Made by a program: the position numbers and the translations under genes | In this document: positions 51,461 through 64,000 of the stretch, piece by piece | Numbering within the stretch: the first letter of the stretch is position 1 | How the letters are laid out: each line of letters begins with the position of its first letter | DNA from: Lama glama | Taxonomy: Eukaryota | Length of the DNA stretch: 64,000 bases | Assembly (NCBI GenBank): GCA_028534125.1 | Contig: CM052816.1 | Coordinates: 71,550,001-71,614,000 of the forward strand | Direction of reading: 5' to 3' | The notes under the pieces: model-generated | Database searches by the model: none | Seen by the model: the letters and a program-made list of their open reading frames with translations, nothing else | What the model was told of the DNA's origin: nothing

Positions 51461-54012
51461 CAGTGGTTTCCATGCACATTGGAAAGAGAAGCAATTGCTA
51501 CTGAAAGGAAAACCAGACTCCAGTTGATTCTGCCTTTCCAGAGAAGAGGCATAATTCACCCCTGGGGAGATGGCTCTTTTTTTGAGAAGACGTCTTTGTG
51601 GTATAAGCTGTTCCCTTCCATTGAGAACGTTCAGGTGATGTGAGATAAAAACAAAGCTGCACCCTTCCTCTGCGTGGTAAAGTGGGAAAATTTGGCCTTG
51701 TTGCAGGCAGCCTAGGAGAGGGTCCTGGGACTGAGAGGAAAAAGGTCTTGCCAGGAAGATCTAGGAAAAAAGAAGAAAGAGGGTTCCTGGCACACAGCTG
51801 GAGGCTGGAGCATACAAGGGCACCAAGTCATGAAAAACTTCCGATGGAAGGGGATGGCTGACAAATGACCGGGAACATTGATATCTGTGCTTGACATTTA
51901 AGTTGAGATGTTTTCACACCTGTAATTACTTTCTGCAACCCTCAAACCTGTGATAAAAGGCTGCTGCTGACATGAGCCTCAGTGTGTGGTGCTTTGCTAG
52001 GATGGAGGAGGAGGGGCAGCATCTCCCATTGGTCCAGTACAGGCAAGGAGCACCCACAGGAAGGAACGGCATGGTCCAGAGCAAGCCACAGCGCACAGAA
52101 GTCACAGAGGCGCACCCTCCAGAAGCACATGCACTCCAGAAAAACCCCAGAGAGGTTGGGGAGGATTCTGGGCTTCCCACAGTAGAGTTCAAGGCAGTTG
52201 ATTTAGATATGAAAGTTAAGGATGACCATAGGAAATTTGCAGATAGGAAAGTAAGAAACATCTAGATTGTAGTTGTTTGTATTTGAGATTAAATCAAATA
52301 TGATTCTGCTTAATAGCTATTACTGTTTCATGTTCACTCTGAACCAAGAAAGTCTTAACAATATTTTTCAGAAAAGCCCCAATGAGGCTACTTTTGCAGA
52401 TGTAACTAATAGCTTACTGAATACAGAAACAGATGAAAGTGTCAAATGTTACATAATGCACAAAAATGAAATCTAGTGTTCTCTTGATCAGAAATACTCA
52501 ACTGTCAGAATGCATCAAGATGCTGCAAAGAGGCATGCTGTGACATCCTTCCTGCTGCTTTTCTAGCAAATCCTGGCCAAGAGGGCCAAAAGAGTCTAAC
52601 CTTTTATAGTAAGACTGTCACAGAAATGGCAACCAGAGTAAGTATCATAACCAAGAAATAAGCCTCATATCATGTGGTCTTTATTAAAATACCAAAACAC
52701 AGGAAAACTTTTAACAAAACATTTCTGTTCCAGAGACTTGCCCAAGACTTTTTTTTTTTTTTTTGATTTCTAGTTCACTTGAGTTTACAGAAGGATTTCA
52801 TCTGCCATTGCAGATTCACTGTCATGCTGAGGCTGTTAAGAGGCCAGCTGTTCCCCCAAGAAATTGTGTGAGCATTTGCAATAAAATATGCACATGTGAA
52901 AGAAAAATTCAGGGTGCCTTGCGGGCATCCTGACACTTTGACAAACCTACATACACGGGCATAGCTATCCAGAAAAATCATAGCAGTCTTTAATTTTAAA
53001 AAAATGTATCTAGATAATTGTGAGAAAGGCAGACTCTCCCTTCCTTCCCTCTACTGTGTTAGATACGGCTTGCTCTGAAGTCCATATTCATGAAAAATGG
53101 CAACTCTTAACTTCATTATGTTTTCTGTTCGCTCAGGATTATTTAGAAAATTTTACAGTCAGTCTTAAGCTCCAAGTCAAAGAAATTATAAATGGTCTTT
53201 TTCTATAAGGACTATCTTCTTTCATTTTCCTTTACTTCTGTTTCAAAACGCTCAATTCAGTAGCAGCGTAGGCTTCCCGAAGAAAGCAGGTTTCCATGAC
53301 ATTAGTTCTACAAAAGGCACAAATAAATTATTTTGGAAAGAAGCTTTTGTGAGATAATATTATTTTTGCCTTTGCCATTCCATCTACTCAGATTTCTCTG
53401 AACTAGAACCTCTGAGGGGTCAGACAGTCAACACAGCTCTCATAACCCGGGTGGAAATGGCCAAGGATGTTCCTTGTGCTCACACGTTCCCGGAGAAATG
53501 GAAGAAAAGAAACACTGCGTAGCAGGTGCTTTTGTCCGACTAAATGTAAATTCGTATTTTACTTCTTTAGCAAGAATTTATCCTGCTCTCAGATTTGTGA
53601 CACCACAAATTCTGTTTCTATCATTTTCTAATAACTAACAGGTCAAAACGAAGCATTGGCAAGACAGGAATTTTGTTTCCCCAAGAAAATCATTGTCTAT
53701 CATATTGTCAAGAGTTGAATTTCTGAATCCTCATGTTTATCAATTTAGTCCAAGATTAGAATTAGCAGCTCTTATTTTGCTTCACATTAGTTTGCTTTTG
53801 GAATTCTTGCTAAAGACTATTGTACACAGTCGGTCACCTTTTAAAAATGAAAAACATATGATCAAAATCAAGACCAACTTACTTCAACCTAATTATAGTA
53901 GCTAACAGGTGTTTAGCACCACTGAGGTGGTTCAACATCATGCTGGGCACTGTCAATTCGTTATCTCATTAATTCGCACAGGAACTCAAAGCAGTTAAGA
54001 AGCATTATCTAT

Positions 54013-54373
54013 GAAGCCACTTATATGTGGAATCTAAAAAAAGACAAATGAACTTATTTGCAAAATAGAAACAGACTCTCAGACATAGAGAACAAACTTG
54101 TGGTTACCAGGGGGCAAGAGGGGATGGGAAGGGATAAATTGGGAATTGGAGATTTGCAGATACTAACTGATATATATAGAACAGATAAACAAGTTCATGC
54201 TATATAGTACGGGAAACTTTATTCAATATCTTGTAGTATCTTATGGTGAAAAAGCACGTGAAAACAAATATATGTACATTCGTGTATAACTGAAGCATTG
54301 TGCTATACACCAGAAGTGGACACGTTATAAGCTGACTGTACTTCAATTAAAAAAATATACAAAAGCAAATAAA
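54013..54373 (+). mobile_element. Young 5'-truncated L1 3' end with 16-bp TSD
   Basis: 'cacttatatgtggaatctaaaaa...gactgtacttcaattaaaa'; TSD aagaagcattatctat (53997-54012) / aagcagtattatctat (54374-54389). Confidence 0.93.
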
Positions 54374-54393
54374 AAGCAGTATTATCTATAGAT

Positions 54394-54577
54394 CAGTGGT
54401 TGTCAACTTGCTTGATCTTGCGTCGGTCACCTAGAACGCTTGTTAGAACACTTGTGGCAGCCACCCCAAGAATTTCCGATTCAGTAAGTCTAGAGAAAGC
54501 CTGAGAATCTGCCTTTTGAAGAGGTTCCCAAGAAACGCCGGTACTGTCGGGATATGGACCGCACTTTGAAACCACTG
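54394..54577. mobile_element. MER5A-like hAT-Charlie MITE, full length
   Basis: Terminal inverted repeats CAGTGGTT...AACCACTG; internal 'tttccgattcagtaagtctag...gcctgagaatctgc'. Confidence 0.88.
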
Positions 54578-54581
54578 TTAG

Positions 54582-55138
54582 CAGGTTTCAGAAAACTGCC
54601 AAACCCAGGCAACTGGGCTTTTTCTTTGATCCATAAGCTTAGACTGGTTTTAGTTTTGAGTCATGAAAAAAAACTCAAACAATATTTTGTCACATAAAAT
54701 CATATGAAAATCAAACTTCAGTATTCATAAACAAAGCTTGTTTGGAACACAGCATGTCCATTCACTTATACACTGTCTCTGGCTGCCTCCACACAACGAC
54801 AGCAGATTTAAGTCATTGCAAAAGAGACAACTTGGCCTGCAAAGCCACCAGTATTTACTCTCTGGCCTTTCACAGAAAATTTTGCCACTATAGCATGGTG
54901 TGGCGACTATAGTTAGTGATACTGTATTGTATGTTCTGAAGTTGCTAAGGGTAGATCTTAGAAGTTCTCATCATGAGAAAAATAAATGTATTTATGTCTG
55001 GTGATGGATGTGAACCAGACTTATTATGGTGGTCATTTCACAGTACTGACAAATATAGAATCATTATATTGCACATCGGAAGCTAATATAATGTTATATG
55101 TCGACTGTATCTCAATAACAAAGAACTGCCAGTCCCTG
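54582..55138. mobile_element. MER58B-like hAT MITE, right end split by an L1
   Basis: 'tttggaacacagcatgtccattcacttatacactgtctctggctgc...atttactctctggcctttcacagaaaattttgcca'; terminus 'gtccctg' resumes at ~55132. Confidence 0.8.
54888..55122 (+). mobile_element. L1MA-type 3' end
   Basis: 'gactatagttagtgatactgtattgtat...ttgctaagggtagatcttagaagttctcatca...aatataatgttatatgtcgactgtatctcaataa'; TSD-like ...ttttgcca / ...aactgcca. Confidence 0.88.
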
Positions 55139-56784
55139 TCACAGACAGGAGCAAGATCTAAGACATAGCCAGCAGGTGTTCGTGTTGGGATTCACATTCA
55201 GATCAAACTTCAGAGCCCGTATTTCTAACCATTTTGCAACGTAGAAATACACTATTTTTAAAATAACTTGTGTGTGTTAGTGATGTTAACAATCTCTGGC
55301 ACTTTTTCATTCATTCGGGAATTATTTTCTTTTAAATTTTCTTTTCCCTTCTCACCAAACCGCATCCTCTTTTCCCACAAAACTCCCATCCTTGTTCCAT
55401 TAGCGTTATATCTCTGTTTTCTTTATCCAGAGGATTATTTGCATGGAAAGAAGCTATTTTATTCACCTGAAGTTGATTTAGATTTGGTGGCTCTTTTGCT
55501 CAGAAAATGTTTGTTGCTTCAACTGTGTACTTAGGATGAATAGATGCATATTCGTTTCATGAAAGATCTCTCAGATGATTTCCATATTTCAGAGTAACTT
55601 GTGATGAGAAAAGCAGAAAGGCTTCTGAAGTTCAGCCTGGATTATATAGGAATAAAAAATGAAGTAATAATGATGACCTCATAGGTTCAGGCAACAGAAC
55701 TGACTGATGTGGTTACGTTCTCTGAAGGCAGAGCAGGGCGGTATATTTCACAGGGATCGCTTCATCCTCCCAAGCAAGGGTACTGTCCGCAGTCAACGCT
55801 CCTGAACCGTAACCCAGCCTGTCAACACTGAGCCATTCAGAATGGCATAATTCAGCTGGAGATCCTTTTCCTAATTCACCATTTCTTTGTTTTGAAAGGG
55901 AGAAAAAAAAAAAAAACCTCAAAGCATTATTTAACATGCATAGACGATGATTTGGGAAAAACTTAAAGTAGATTTGTAGAAAATACTCTAAGATTTCAGT
56001 AAAGATCTGTAAGCTTAAAGTATATAGCTTTTTAAGAGCATAATCAGATGTATCCACTTTTTGTCAAAAATATTTGACCAGCTCTGCTAAATTCCATCAT
56101 CGTAAATAAAACATTTTACCCGTAAATGATTTAAATGAGATGGAATTAGACAAAGAATCTGTAAGTAAACAGACATTTGGGCCTGTTTATATTTTATTAA
56201 CTAGTAAAGACCTAATAGAAATGGGAAAACTCTCTTTGCCAAGTAATTCACTGAAGGTCTTAATCAATTTCAAATAAAAACCTCACAGTTTAAGTCTAAT
56301 TATATCACTTTCAGTTTCAAGCATAGTAATTATTAGCTCTTTGCTTAATTAATATTTTCCAGATTGCAGCACTAATTCCCTACAGATTTTTAAGGTGGCA
56401 TTCAAGAATATAAGTCCAAAAGAGACGATGCGTTCCCACTGATCTTTAGGCCAGTTGCCAGCTTGTCTGCCTTCTGACAACGCTGGCTTTGAACCAGGAT
56501 AGAGAAAGGAACAGCTGACATTTGGAAACCCAGACTTCATACTCCACCAATATCTTAAATAATAGCTACAAAAAAACCTGACGTAGGAACTTATTTTTTA
56601 AAATCCAGCCAATAGAGCATATCTGGTTAGTCTTCTACAAATAGTAAAATGAAATCCACCCCAAATCATAGTTCTTTACAAACCGAGGAATCTTACTAGC
56701 ATTTCATTTAATAGCACACGATGATTCTCCCTGTGGATAGCTAGTAATCATGAGTATTAAAACATACACATAAACGGCAGAACG

Positions 56785-56885
56785 TTGATGGTTGTCTAAG
56801 CCGGGTGATGGATACGTGGGGTTTATTGCACTTGCGACTTTCGGTTCTGTTTGGGAAGTTTCATAATAAAAAGTTTTTTTTAGAA
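56785..56885 (+). mobile_element. L1M 3' terminal fragment
   Basis: 'gggtgatggatacgtggggtttattgcac...actttcggttctgtttgggaagtttcataataaaaag'. Confidence 0.75.
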
Positions 56886-59800
56886 GAAAAATACATAAAC
56901 ATAAGAACTCATGTTTCCATACTGATGGAGCTATTAAAGAGACCCAGTTAATTGTAAGTTCAATCAATCTTTAGAAGACCTACCTAATGATATAGCGCAG
57001 GCATTTACTTCTGAACTTCTTACTCTGAAAACGTTAATAAAAGAATTATTGACGTTCAAGCCCAGAAGACAGTTATTCAAGTTAAAGTACAGCTCAGATA
57101 AACATGTCATAATTTTTGAAAATCTGAAAGCTCTGATTCAATGCTAGTCTGTTTTGGATAAGTCATAATACTAAAGAATATTGAAACCTAGTAAGAAAGA
57201 GAAAAAAATTCACCTGGCCAAATTTTACTGCTGCATTAACAGCTTCCTTTTTAAAGTCTTCTAACTCTTGCTGCTGAATTCCATGGTGAACATTCTCTCT
57301 TGAAGAGGTGAGCTGTAAAAGTAAGTATGAAGGCTCCAACTGAGCTATCCAGGGAGACTAGGCCTAACCCATTAAAATAAGCCCTGGGCATTCTCAGAAG
57401 GGCTAGAGCTTTTAACGTCTTTTCCTGTGCCAAATTTGTTGCAAGTCCCCAATGTCAAAATTATAGATAGGCCCCCAAACCTGTATCAGCAAATGTTTTC
57501 AACTTCCCACACCAAAGTAAATCAGACAACTCTCAGAACTGATTAATTTGAGGAACAGCTAACAGAGCTGTCAGTGAGCAATAAAATGGCCAGAAGGTGA
57601 ACGTACCAACTGGAGAGAGAGGAATCAAAGAGCCTCAATGATGCCCAATCTGTGAGCAAGAGCAATTAGTGGTGAAAAATCTGCTTGTAGCCAAGAGGAT
57701 TGTTTTAAATGCCAGTAACGCTGAGGCTATAATTTAGCATCTACAGGTAAATCAACTTGTGCATCAGAACGATATTTTGGTTTCCAAAAGAGAAGTCGTT
57801 TCTCTGATTTGTTAGTAAACTTTTCGAGTGTCTCTATAGATTGAGAACTCAAATTGGTCAATGCAGACAGAAAGGTGTCTAAAATAAAGAGAGAAGGAGA
57901 CAGAGGGCTTCTGTGTGTCACTGAGAAGAATCCTGGTGGTAGAGCAAGTTTAAATTCTGACCTATGACATATTTTGTAAAGGAGCTCGTTTGTAACTGGT
58001 TCTTTTCCCCTCCTCCTGATCCTTCACTTAAGCATCCTCACCACGTACTTGGTTTCTGCATGCTCTCTTGGATTTGTGTAAGGAACGAAGAATCGGTGAC
58101 AGTCCAAACCCACAAGCAAGCAAATACAAAGGCGGGTGTATGAATTTGTCAGTTGTTTCCCACTTTATCAAATGTTTGAAGGAGCACATGTTTATTGCTG
58201 GTTCATTATTGGTAAAAAAGCAGGTAAGTGCAAAGACCAGTTAAAAATAACAACCCCTAAAAGGCATTTTGCTGAGAGGATTCCTAGCATTAAAGAGAAG
58301 AGAAGAGGGGGAGATGGGCTGGTATGATACACCCTTCATATCACCTTTCTCTGGGAGACTTCTCCCTCTGCAAGCTTGTAATGTCAAACACTCTCCCTCC
58401 TATGAGAAAGAAGGGAGGTTCCTGTGGAGCAGGTTCCTTTGCTCATTTTTTCTTCAGGAATGTATTCTTAAAGCCTAGCACATAGTGGGTGCTTAGCAAA
58501 TATTTGTTGAATGAAAGAATGAATACCCTTAATATTACTGAGATGATAGAGTGATATTAGTGTGAGATCCTACCCCATTTTAAGTTTCCATACTTTGGAA
58601 TTCCACTCTATATCACATCTTCCTTTAAAGGTCAGGCTTCCCATTTTTATTTCTTCTAGAAATCTATGACTTCAAAGATAATGTAAGGAAATAAAATTTA
58701 AGTATTTTAGATATTTAGATTTTAACTATTTAAAGAACAAGGAAACCACTTTCCCTTTGTGACTATAAAATGTAGCCGGAAATTAATTGAAGGAACTAAC
58801 TATTCTAAATTACACGTCGTTTGGGACAGTCCATTAGTACCTAATAATGAATATTATTATTTATATAGCTATCCCAACTTGGTTTTCTCAAGCCAGATTC
58901 ACCCCTGCCCCCTCTAGCTGGCATCCTTTTTGGCAAGGTGAGGATGGGAAGGAGAAGTGAAGGGGTTAAATGTTTGGAAATACTTTTTTCCAAGAACTTC
59001 TGCTTAGTAGCATAATTATTATAGTTATATTCTCCTAGGATAACTTCCCCAGTGACTGATTTTCTTTATTGATTATAAACTTGTCCTTGACATAATTTTG
59101 GTATTCCTTTGATGATGTGTTGAGATGAATCTCCTACCTAACAGATGCCTGAATATCTAGAATCCCAGAGGACCACAACATGCTGTGGTTTTGAATTCCT
59201 GAGCACTTGATCCAGCAGTTCTGATTTTCTTCTTACTTTCCTACCATCCTAGGAGCCAGTAGCAGGTGCTCATTACAGTTTTCCTCCATTCTCACACAGT
59301 TAATCCAAGCAGACTTAAGAGCAGGAGCTTCTTTTTTTCTCTCCCTTGTCTGACATCCCTCTAACTTTTTGCTTTTGCTTTTTCTATAGCCAAAATTTCT
59401 TTTCATCTACCTTTGAATATTCCAATTTTAAAAAAAGAATAAAAGAGACCACTAACAAAATGACACACACACAGTACATTTTAAGAGGGAAGTACAATAT
59501 AACATATGAATTCTTAGGTTCATTGGCTGTATTTATAGATGCACTCACTTTCTAAGTCAGTCTGATATGTAAAGAGCAAGATGGAGCAAGAGCAGTATGC
59601 CATGAACAGCAGATTCTCAACTGACTGTAGTATTTGCACGGGGCTCACAGGAGCGGAAGATCTAGTGCGTGGAATTAAACACCATTGAAGGAACCACCAA
59701 ATCTTAAAAGAAAAATTCAGGTTCACACTATACCTGAATTCAGTTTGGCAAACAAGGTGGCTTCAACTTTCATTGAAAGCAATTCTAAAAAATAAAAGTC

Positions 59801-60504
59801 GGTTAACTTGCACTCAAGATTTTTAAGCCATTGAAGTTTTGTTTGAATAAATTTGGCATTGTGAAATTAGAGAAACATAAAATCCATATTTGGACTACAA
59901 CGCTCTGAACGGAAGCGAATTCTGACACTATACAAAAGAGTGTATCATCAATGGAATCAGTCTACACATTTTTCAAGAATACTAACAAGAAGAACCAAAA
60001 ACTCAAAAGACTAAAGTTAATCAAACATTTCACAAAGGTAAGCAGAGGAAACTGGGGCAGAGGGGCCAGGAAAGGGGGTCAGCTAGAGAATAAAAACTGG
60101 CTAAAGCACAGAGCAGGGGAAAATAATCAGTGACATAATTAATTGTACTTCTAAGTAATTAATAAAGCTATTTATTTGGGGGGAAGTTCTACCTGGTTTA
60201 TTTCCTTTCATATTAGATGGTTTAACCCGTTGATCTTCAAGACTGTGCGTTTCCGTGGCTCTGAGATTGCGTGTATTGCTGGTACCTGCAGGTGTGTGAA
60301 TAATACAACCCTGTCATTACTCGTCTTTCCTTTCCTAATGAAGTCAGGGCTAACCAGTATTTCAGAATAGTAACAATTCTAATCAAGCGATAACACCTTA
60401 TTTGAGACTAACAAAGACTAAAATAGGAGGAAATTATTACCGGACCATCTCTACTAATGCATCCATTAGTGAGTGTGTGAGCTTTAACAATATAACAACT
60501 CCAG

Positions 60505-61760
60505 TTAACCACTTATTCATCCCTTGCAATGTGCCAGGCGTAGTGCTAGCTAGTGGGTTTACAGCAACATACAGGAAACTAAATTTTTTTTGACCATGAG
60601 GTGTTTACATTCTAGTAGTGGGGATGTAAGCAATAAATGAAGATGTAACTAAATAATTTCAGGTGTTGATCTATATACCAAAATATATATATATAAAAGA
60701 GAGAGAGAGAGAAACCTATTAGTAAGTTGGAGAGTTGCTTTCACAAGGGAACAAAGGGACAGCTTCTCTGAGAAGGCAATATTTGAGTTAATATCTGAAC
60801 AAGTGAGAAGAAGACAGCCATTACACATCTGGGAACAAGCTTCCAAGCATGTCCCTGGATAGGAACAAATGTGATCTATGTAAGAGACAGAAAGAAGATG
60901 AGAATGCTCGAGCAGAATCAGCAAAGAACTGAAAGCTGGGAGATGAGATCTGTCAGCTGGCCAGGGCTGGATCATGAGAAGCCTTGTGAGGAATTTGGGT
61001 ATGAATTTAATGTAATGATAAACTTGTCAAAGGCTTTAACCAGTTCACCTTAATGCTTTACAAAGACCACTTTAGTCGTTAGGCGGAAATGTACTGCAGC
61101 AAGGCAAGTGTGGATGTAGAGAAGCTAGTTAGAGATGCTTATGATTGACAGACAAGTGGAATGGTGAGTTGGACTGGATTGTAGCAGTAGAAGTGATGAT
61201 AATTGGATGGATCAAGGATAGATATTTCTTAGAGGTAGAGCTTACTGACTTACTGAAATATGGGGTGTGAGGAAAAAACAGAATCAACAGTGACTCCTAG
61301 GATTTAGTCTAAGCAACCAGATGGAGGATGGTACCATTACCTGAGATGTAAAAGGCTTAGCAGGATTGTCAGTAGTTCTGTCAGTCATGTTAAGGCTGCA
61401 TGTCCATTAGACATTCATATGTGAGGTATGAAGTTAGACGTATGATTCTGGAACTTAGGATAAAGGTCTGGGCTGATAACAGAAATCCCCATCTTATCAG
61501 CACATGGCCAGCCTGGAGATGGTCTATGAAGTTCTCCAGATGAATCTGATTATACTTTCCTAGAATAAGAATCTGCTAGAGGAGACGACCAGTCAGAGAG
61601 CGAGAAAACCAAAATCAGGTCAATGGGTATCCCAGAACCTAAGGAGGAAAATTATTTCAAGGAGTGGATAAGCCCACTGAACATTGCCGCCGTGGTACTG
61701 ATATCAGTAAGGCTAAGACAGGTTTTAGGTCACTGGTGACTTTGGTGAAAGTTCTAGTCC
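60505..61760 (-). mobile_element. L2, long 3' portion
   Basis: 'aatgtgccaggcgtagtgctag', 'gcttctctgagaaggcaatatttgagt', 'tgactcctaggatttagtctaagcaaccagatggaggatggtaccattacctgagatg', 'ggtcactggtgactttgg'. Confidence 0.85.
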
Positions 61761-62734
61761 TCATAAAAACCTGATGAAATGTGAATTATTATTTCTCTTT
61801 TTACAGATGAAAAGTAGCCTTGCTGAGGCTTAGGCCTGACTAACTTCTCATAATCTTGCTGATCTTAAAGACCGTGTTTTATCGGCTGTATTACAGCTGC
61901 CTTAAGCCACTTTTAGGAGCAAGTAGAATTAAATAGTATTTTCAATTTTGCCTGTGGACTTTAGTTTTATTTATTGAATATATTGATTGGGAAAGTATTG
62001 AATTCTTTAGTTATAACTACGGACATTAAAAAAAGAATGTTATAATTATCATAAGTCTCTATTCTCAAAAGGAAGACAGAGTTCTAAGTACCCAGAAAAC
62101 ATCCGTTGTGGGTTCCACATGTCTAAAGAAAATCTCAGGACATTTGAAATTAAAAAAAAAAAAAAACTTTAGAAAGAAGTCTCCAAAAACACAAAGTCCA
62201 TTGTATTTCATTGAAAAAGGAAAGAGTACTTTCCCTATCCCCTGATTGCTTTCTACATAGAGTAATGCTGCTGAACTGTAAAGAATCCGTCTGGAAGAGC
62301 ATCTTTAAAGTATTCACTTTCATCCCACTGTTCACAGATATGTACTGAGCAGTAGGCGGTCCATTCATGACTATTGCACTCTTAGAGTAAAAAGGGAAAT
62401 TTGGTCTACTTTTACATTTCTATGCTCATTTCTTTCCTAAATCTCAAAAGCTAGTACACAACTAATAGAATAGAGTTATGAAAGTTGGGGGGGTTTTTTG
62501 CTTGAAAAATTTTTTACTGAATTTAAATAGATGCTACATTATCACTGATCTGAATATATGAATCCTATGATGAGTATCTATGTATATTTAAGAATTAGGA
62601 AATGGAACTTTTCAGTGTATTTCCAGGTTATTTTCATCACCATAAAAAAGAGAAAGACTGTAAAAATAGAATTCACTAATTTGTAAGTTGTGAAAGACTG
62701 ATTCAAACCCTCACCCAAGTTGATTCAAAATTGA

Positions 62735-62737
<3 letters not shown>

Positions 62738-62781
<44 letters not shown>
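62738..62781. repeat. (GT)22 microsatellite
   Basis: Perfect GT run. Confidence 0.98.
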
Positions 62782-62783
<2 letters not shown>

Positions 62784-63657
62784 TGCAGTGAAGTGTGTTT
62801 TCAGTCATTTACCATTTAACCACTCTCAAAGGAGGTTGTTAAATCATCAATATCCTTATTTCCTAGGTTCAGAAATTGGTTTATCCATTGTTAAGAGTTA
62901 GTTATAAGGTTTTGTTGGGTTTAGACAGTAGTTGGCTAGGGACAAGGAATGCCCAAATCCTGCCCTTTCTTCTATTCCAGAGCTTCCTGAAGAATAGGTA
63001 AATGGGACAGAGTCATTTTATTTCTAATCACAATCATATCCATTATGACCAGTGCAGAGTCCTTTGGGTCACTTGCGCCTGACCTGCAGGTTTATGGAGA
63101 TTTCTCCCCTTTGCTGAACCAAAAACCTTCCCATTAGTCTGTTCCCATGGGAGAGGTGGAGAGAGGGCAGGAGCCAGGGTGGACAGGCACTGGACGGCAG
63201 CCTTCTGCGTCAGCTTCATGCAAGGAACGAGGAGGAGAGCACCACAGACACAGGACTGGCCTCCCCGCCTCCTCGGGGCAGTGACCTGGTTCCCTATTGT
63301 AACTTGGTACAAAGACGGCCCCCGAATCCAATAGAGTTAGATGGGTAGCTGTTCCCTTCTGAGAGAGAAGAAAGGATGGGAGAGGAATTTTCCCTCACAT
63401 CTCCCCCATGGTCACCCAGCAATAACTCTCCTGCCTCTGGGCTCACTCCATGTCCTTTACCCACAATGCCCAGCCCAGTTCAACCTTTGGAAATTCCATC
63501 TATACTTCAAAGTCTAGCTTAATACCTAGAATTGTTAAGGCTAGCACTGGAAGAAGAATTCTGTTCCCCAAATGTCACCCACTTGGAGTTCTTACAGCTT
63601 TCACCACTGTCCCATATCCCTGACAATAGGATTGTGGCCACCTCGCTTTAGAGGGCA

Positions 63658-63942
63658 GACCTCACGCCAGTCAGAATGGCCATCATTAAAAAGTCTACAA
63701 GTGATAAACCTTAAAGAGAATGTGGAGAAAAGAGAACCCTCATCCATTGTTGGTGGGAATGTAATTGATGCAGCCATTATGGAAAACAGAATGGAGATTC
63801 CTTAACAACTAAAAATAGACTTACCATATGATCCAGCAACCCCACTCCTGGGCACATATCCAGAGGGAACTCTAATTCGAATAAATACATGCACCCCACT
63901 GTTCACAGGAGCACTATTTACAACAGCCAAGACATGGAAACA
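63658..63942 (+). mobile_element. Young L1 internal fragment (ORF2 C-terminal cysteine-rich region), no 3' UTR or poly(A)
   Basis: Reads 'LTPVRMAIIKKS...CGEKRTLIHCWWEC'; highly similar to 50659-50860 in this window. Confidence 0.9.
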
Positions 63943-64000
63943 AATGTTCCTGTCCAAATGTGGCCAAAACTCTGGACTACAATTAACATACTAGCTGGCA

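Larger units (their letters stand above)
53905..55240 (-). mobile_element. MIR split by four later insertions
   Basis: First half 'gtttagcacc...tgctgggcactg...ttatctcattaattcgcacaggaactc' (53905-54010); second half 'gggattcacattcagatcaaacttcagagcccgtatttctaaccattttgca' (~55150-55240). Confidence 0.6.

Noticed and set aside
51972..52265. 97-aa ATG-initiated ORF
   Set aside because: No recognisable homology or splice context; its 3' part resembles decayed L2
59714..59740. 9-bp-stem hairpin aattcaggt...acctgaatt
   Set aside because: Too short for a pre-miRNA; I recognised no conserved mature miRNA anywhere in the window, though I only scanned by eye
5356..59893. Perfect CArG boxes (5356-5365, 59884-59893) and scattered ATGCAAAT octamers
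   Set aside because: A handful of each is expected by chance in AT-rich DNA of this length, and they are not clustered
59976..60043. 60-nt plus-strand exon-like segment with AAG|GTAAGC donor
   Set aside because: Weak acceptor and A-rich low-complexity peptide; possibly a decayed repeat
1..64000. Prokaryotic-type systems (CRISPR arrays, operons, defence loci) or a foreign insert
   Set aside because: No regularly spaced repeats, no long ORFs, and continuous mammalian repeat content throughout

Overview
This is AT-rich mammalian genomic DNA, most likely camelid: it has two tRNA-Ala-derived vic-1-type SINEs and young artiodactyl-type L1 3' ends, and I saw no Alu, Bov-tA/BovB or PRE-1. There is no recognisable protein-coding gene. 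The short ORFs in the track are L1/L2 remnants or chance ORFs. Much of the window is interspersed repeat (old L1M, L2, MIR, MLT1 LTRs, MER5/MER58 hAT MITEs, younger L1 tails with target-site duplications, microsatellites). The repeat-poor stretches contain candidate spliced exons on both strands, the best being minus 31798-31921 and plus 46550-46623. They also contain a small CpG island with TEAD/AP-1/DR1 motifs (38.0-39.0 kb) and several enhancer-like motif clusters. The window is therefore best read as intronic, 5'UTR or lncRNA territory of a gene I cannot name. I found no convincing novel biological system. The most interesting items are a possible sense/antisense exon system at 23-47 kb, a five-element nested transposon stack at 54-55 kb, and a twin-primed L1 at 50.3-51.0 kb. 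Repeat subfamily names come from my recall of consensus sequences, not from a database search.
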